Of a stretch of DNA of 64,000 nt, positions 59,662 through 64,000 are shown piece by piece (position 1 is the stretch's first letter; every line of letters begins with the position of its first letter). The notes beneath the pieces were generated by a model. That model did no database searches, was not told where the DNA came from, and saw nothing but the letters and a program-made list of their open reading frames with translations. Location of the stretch: positions 25,296,001 through 25,360,000 of the forward strand of contig NC_083290.1 in NCBI RefSeq assembly GCF_963506605.1, in the 5' to 3' direction. This DNA comes from Zootoca vivipara (Eukaryota). The translations under genes were made by a program, and so were the position numbers.

Positions 59662-62600
59662 AGGAATGTTAATGGTTGAGGTGAGTCTTCAGAACATTGC
59701 CTTTCTGGTTCACAGCAATTCACACACCTTTACTTCTTGTTTATTATACAGTTGATGAAAACATTAATATAAAACTTGAATATTTCCCATGGCTCCCTCC
59801 CCTCCCCTCGGGGGTGCCAACTTAAATGAAATATTGTGGGGCCCCAGGTAAGCCTTGCCCCACATAATCAATCACATAACATGGTGCACACGCACCATTT
59901 GAATGGCTATGCTCATCAACTTTGTGAGGGCCCAGCCCCCTCAAATATTTTATTGCAGGGATCAAAGCCCCCACGACCCCTAGGACTTGACTCCTATGCC
60001 TCCCCTTCAAGCCACTGAGGTGTGTCAAGTTCCATGTCTTATATAGTTGTAAACAACTTATGCATAAACTGGTTTGGAAATTCTGGGGATACAGATTGGA
60101 AAAAGAAAGGAAAGAAAAGAAAAGAAAGAAAGAGAGAAAGAGGAATTCAAACAAAAGGTTTTTTTTAAAAAAAACATGTTGGTGGTGCAGAGGGCTGATT
60201 AGTGCATGGAGAGAAATCTGCCTTCTATTCCTCAATCTACATGGATGTCTGCAAAAATGGTTCTCTCACTCTCCATTTGTCTTCACAATGTTTCTGTGCA
60301 TCCAAAGAGCTTCATGACTGAGTGTGGATTTGAACCTGGATCTCTCCAGTCCTAGTCTGACACTCTTACCAGTAAGCCACCCTGTCTCTGCGATTAATCA
60401 GTGCTTAAAACAATAGCACCCCACTATCGACAACACATGAAAACCAGGTGATGTAGACATACTGTACTTAACCTGCAATCTTCAGCTTGACCCTGGTTAT
60501 AAAATCGTACTGTGTTGCTTAGGTTCTGTTTCATCCCAAAATGAGTTCTAAGCAATGTGCAGGGCCTCTGGGTAAGCAGTGTCCTGTTGTCGATGCCTCT
60601 TGACTACAGCACACACCCATGCTCGTTTCCAGAGCAGCCGGCAGCATCTGTTCACACAAATGTCCCTGCCCTTCATTAATTTGCTCCTGATTAAACAGCA
60701 TCCCACAAAGCCCTGGTCTCCTCCGCGTATTAGAGGAAGGATGGAAACCGAGGGAGTAAAAAAGAAAGAATTAGCACCCTTGCAAGTGATCTTGCTCAGC
60801 TAAAACTTTGTTCAGTGCTGTGTATTTCTAAAAGAACACACACCCCCAAACACCCAAGGGGATAGGGGAGCTATATTCTCCAGCATCTCTGAATCCTCTT
60901 TCTAGTCCCCAGACAGGCAGGCTATCATTACTCAGCAGAGAGGGAAATGAACTTTGCACATGATGAGGCACCTACATTTTTTTATGTTATGTTCACCAGT
61001 GCGGAGGCACAGAGCCCTGGCATTCAAAACAGCCCTGGTACAATTAAGCCCTAAGAATCATCTCTCTTGGACGATGGAAAGAGCACAAGAGAGGGGCTTT
61101 GAAAGGGATACTACAGCAGTGCCAAAACCATGCAGATAGAAAAGCTGCGTATGCATTCTTGCTTACTCTGGCTCCAGCACGCTATCATCGCTTGACGTTC
61201 AAAGCCAAGTGCACATGTCATTAGCCACAATCCACCTGTATCCTGTAGCTTTTTGATAAATACTCCTGTTTGATGTGTTTTCCCACAAACCAGCTTCAGC
61301 CCAGTTAGAATATGGAAGCCGCGGTTAAACTGAGGTGTGTAAATTTTAGGCATTGCATATGCACAGACGACTGCTTTAGGGGAACAAAAGTTCAGTGCAA
61401 GGAAACAAATCGGGTAATGGGTGTTGTGCGAAGACATCCCCACACTCCTTCTGGTGTGAACAGCAACATAAAAAAGCAAATCAAAACACAGTGGGCGGAA
61501 ATGACCTCGCTGTGTTTCAAGCTAATTTTATACTTAGCCCAAACATATAAATCCCTTTGACCATACTAGGTGTTTTGTGTATGAGCACAGAAGTGGAGGT
61601 GGTGTTATAATATATTTGGCATTTGGACTGTCAGCAATAACGTCACACTTTTCTAGTGTTTTCGGTTTTATTTTTTCTTTATAGGCCAATGCAGACCAGA
61701 GGGGAACATTCAAATTTGGAGGGCAATTACTCTGCCTCCAGGAAATGAGCTTTGCATTTTTGAATGGAAGCAGCAAGAGGGAGTCCCCGGGCTTCTATTT
61801 TTAAGCTCCTTTTTTGGTTTGCATGAAGAAGAAAAAAAACTCTTGCGTCCATGTTGCCCTTTAGCACACGCACGGGCAAAAAGCCTCCGTTGTCCTGGAG
61901 CCAAAGGGATGACGAGCAAGGCACTCGGCAGCACAAAGGCTGGGGTTATTTGGCTAGCCAAGCGATTACAGTGGACGGCAGGAGGAAAGTGAGACCGCAG
62001 GGAAGAGAGCAGCTGCTAATCCTCCTTCCTGTTCTAATGAACTAATTAATCACGGTCAATAGGGCTGGCAATCAATTCCATCCACAAGGAGCATGCCAGG
62101 TGGGCTCTAGGCAAGAGAGAGGCCCAGGTGGCAGGCAGGCTTGCAGCAGCGATTTATCCCTGTAACTGGGAAATCCCCAAGCCGTGGATGGAGATGGGAT
62201 GTCACTGTCAGTCAGCACTGTGCATGATGCGGGACTCCCGCTGGCAGTTCCTGGCACACAGACATGGATCAAGTCCTGATCAAACAGTGCCCCTGAGATT
62301 TCCCTCCTCAGGAGACTGCTCAGACACTCAGATTCCTAGTAGCCATGTCAGCCCTTCAGGACACTCCAGAATGAAGGCCTTTTGTGGGTTTCAAGCACAG
62401 CTAATAGGCCCCATTAGCCATACTGAGGCAGTCATATAAGGCAGCTGATTGTGTTTGTTATGAAAGGGCTGCAAATTGTCCCAACATTTAATTTATCATA
62501 GTTTATTTTTGCTGCCAGGGAGGGGGATAGGTGTTTGTGAGGGTTTGTGCTTCAGGTGTCAAAATAACTTGGCAGTCCTTGGGTACTGTGCACCTTGATT

Positions 62601-62727
62601 TGGGGCGGTGGGGACCTTTGTTGCTCTGCTTCAGGCAGAAAAAATTTCTAGGGGAATCCTAATTTCGAGAACGCAGACTTAGGAGAAGCAGAGGACAAGC
62701 ATCACTGGGAGAAAAAAATGCACCTAG

Positions 62728-62728
62728 T

Positions 62729-62763
<35 letters not shown>

Positions 62764-62764
62764 C
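62728..62764 (+). repeat. (CAA)n microsatellite
   Basis: Directly visible. Confidence 0.95.
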
Positions 62765-64000
62765 TTTAGCCATGGTAGAAACTGCCATATCTGGATATAG
62801 CCTCTGTAAAAAGAATGTTGGAGCAAATGAGACAATGCTTTGTCTGGATCTTTTTCAAAAGTGCACAGGCTACATGCCATCAAGAGATGGTGTTTTCAAA
62901 GCAAAGACTAGCCCAATGACGTTTGCAGGGCATACTTCCCCTGGAATCATTCCCAGTCTTTAATTTCTACAAGGAGAGGTTGGTCAAACCAGGCAAATTT
63001 ATTTTTCTCATCTCGAATCCCTTCAGCTTAGGGCCACATGTTGCAGGGCTGGTTGTAGTTAAACAGTAGCAATAAGAACAGCACTCTTTGCATAATTGGA
63101 GGTACTCGTTATTATTTTGCATGGTTCTGGGGCTGAGCTCTGGTACTCAGAAACACGCTATGCAGCTGTGCTGTGGCTCACATTCAGACATACAGTATTC
63201 TATCCTTTATTAAAAAGCAGCTTCTGCTTTGTCACCTCTAAAATCAGGCAGGCCTGCATCTCCTGACCATCTCTTGCATCTCCTACTGATGCAGCAGTGT
63301 AGGACTGCCTGGATGCAACAGTAGCCCAGACAGACATCTTTGTGCTTCTCAGCAGCATCTTTCTTACACTCTGCCAGGCACTACCCAGACACTGATGGAT
63401 GCTGTAATCACTGGTAGGCAGGCAAGGGCAGAATGTAACAGTCCCTTCCCGCTTTGGGCTTTGTGCCAGTACCTATTCATAAACCACCTCACAGCCATAG
63501 CAGGGAAACAGGGAGATAGAAGCAGCCAGGGCCATGGCTCTGTGATCCGTCAACCTTCCGGACAAGGTTTTAAATAATCCTGCCTGGCACTGCTTCTCTC
63601 TCCTGCACAGCACGTCTCAGCCCAAGCAGCTTCATTGCCACGATGCCAATGGCTTGAACTTTTCACATCTTTCTGCAAGTGCTCAAATTATTCAGTGTTT
63701 GTTGTGCAAGAGAAAAATGGAACTGAGAGTAGCCAAGACTGGGTTGGAACTTCTCATCTTGACACACACACACACACCCCGGCACCCATTTCTCGGTTCT
63801 CTTTTATTTTGGGAGGATTTATATAAGGATATTGCACAATATTTTCGTTAGGATTGAATCCTGGGATAGTTTGCTACAATATAAATTTGCCTCTGAGCAC
63901 CTTTAGAGTGCCCTCTCATCCCATTAAATTTCAGATTATAGAGCAGAGCTTACAAAGCTCATTGGGAAATGATTGAAATGCAGTGAGTTCCTTCACAGAT

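Noticed and set aside
43310-64000. Expected MCAM exons by synteny
   Set aside because: No signal-peptide or Ig-domain exon and no CpG-island promoter was recognised. The CpG-rich patch at 57120-57210 is inside a MITE.

Overview
Vertebrate (squamate, most likely lacertid lizard) genomic DNA, syntenic with the mammalian MFRP-C1QTNF5-RNF26 block. + strand: the last four coding exons of MFRP (CUB end, LDLa, Frizzled CRD; stop at 6110), then C1QTNF5/CTRP5 with its own CpG-island first exon (~12 kb) and two coding exons (17354-17573, 19275-19792; 245 aa). - strand: RNF26 (39862-41367), with a spliced upstream exon whose ATG is in frame and a CpG-island promoter at ~42.0-42.75 kb. No further gene is recognisable in 43-64 kb. 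The rest is dense in squamate repeats: Sauria SINEs, BovB/RTE, CR1, L2, L1, Penelope and many hAT and Tc1/pogo MITEs, often with readable target-site duplications (TSDs) and nesting. There are two short N gaps. Most notable observations: (1) a degenerate HDV-like ribozyme fold at the 5' end of an RTE-derived element, in sense orientation in C1QTNF5 intron 1; (2) a MITE-mediated templated inverted duplication that brackets both C1QTNF5 coding exons; (3) a possible 35-40 aa N-terminal extension of RNF26; (4) a Penelope remnant with a perfect 80-bp inverted repeat and a hammerhead core. Repeat family names come from sequence recognition, not a database search.
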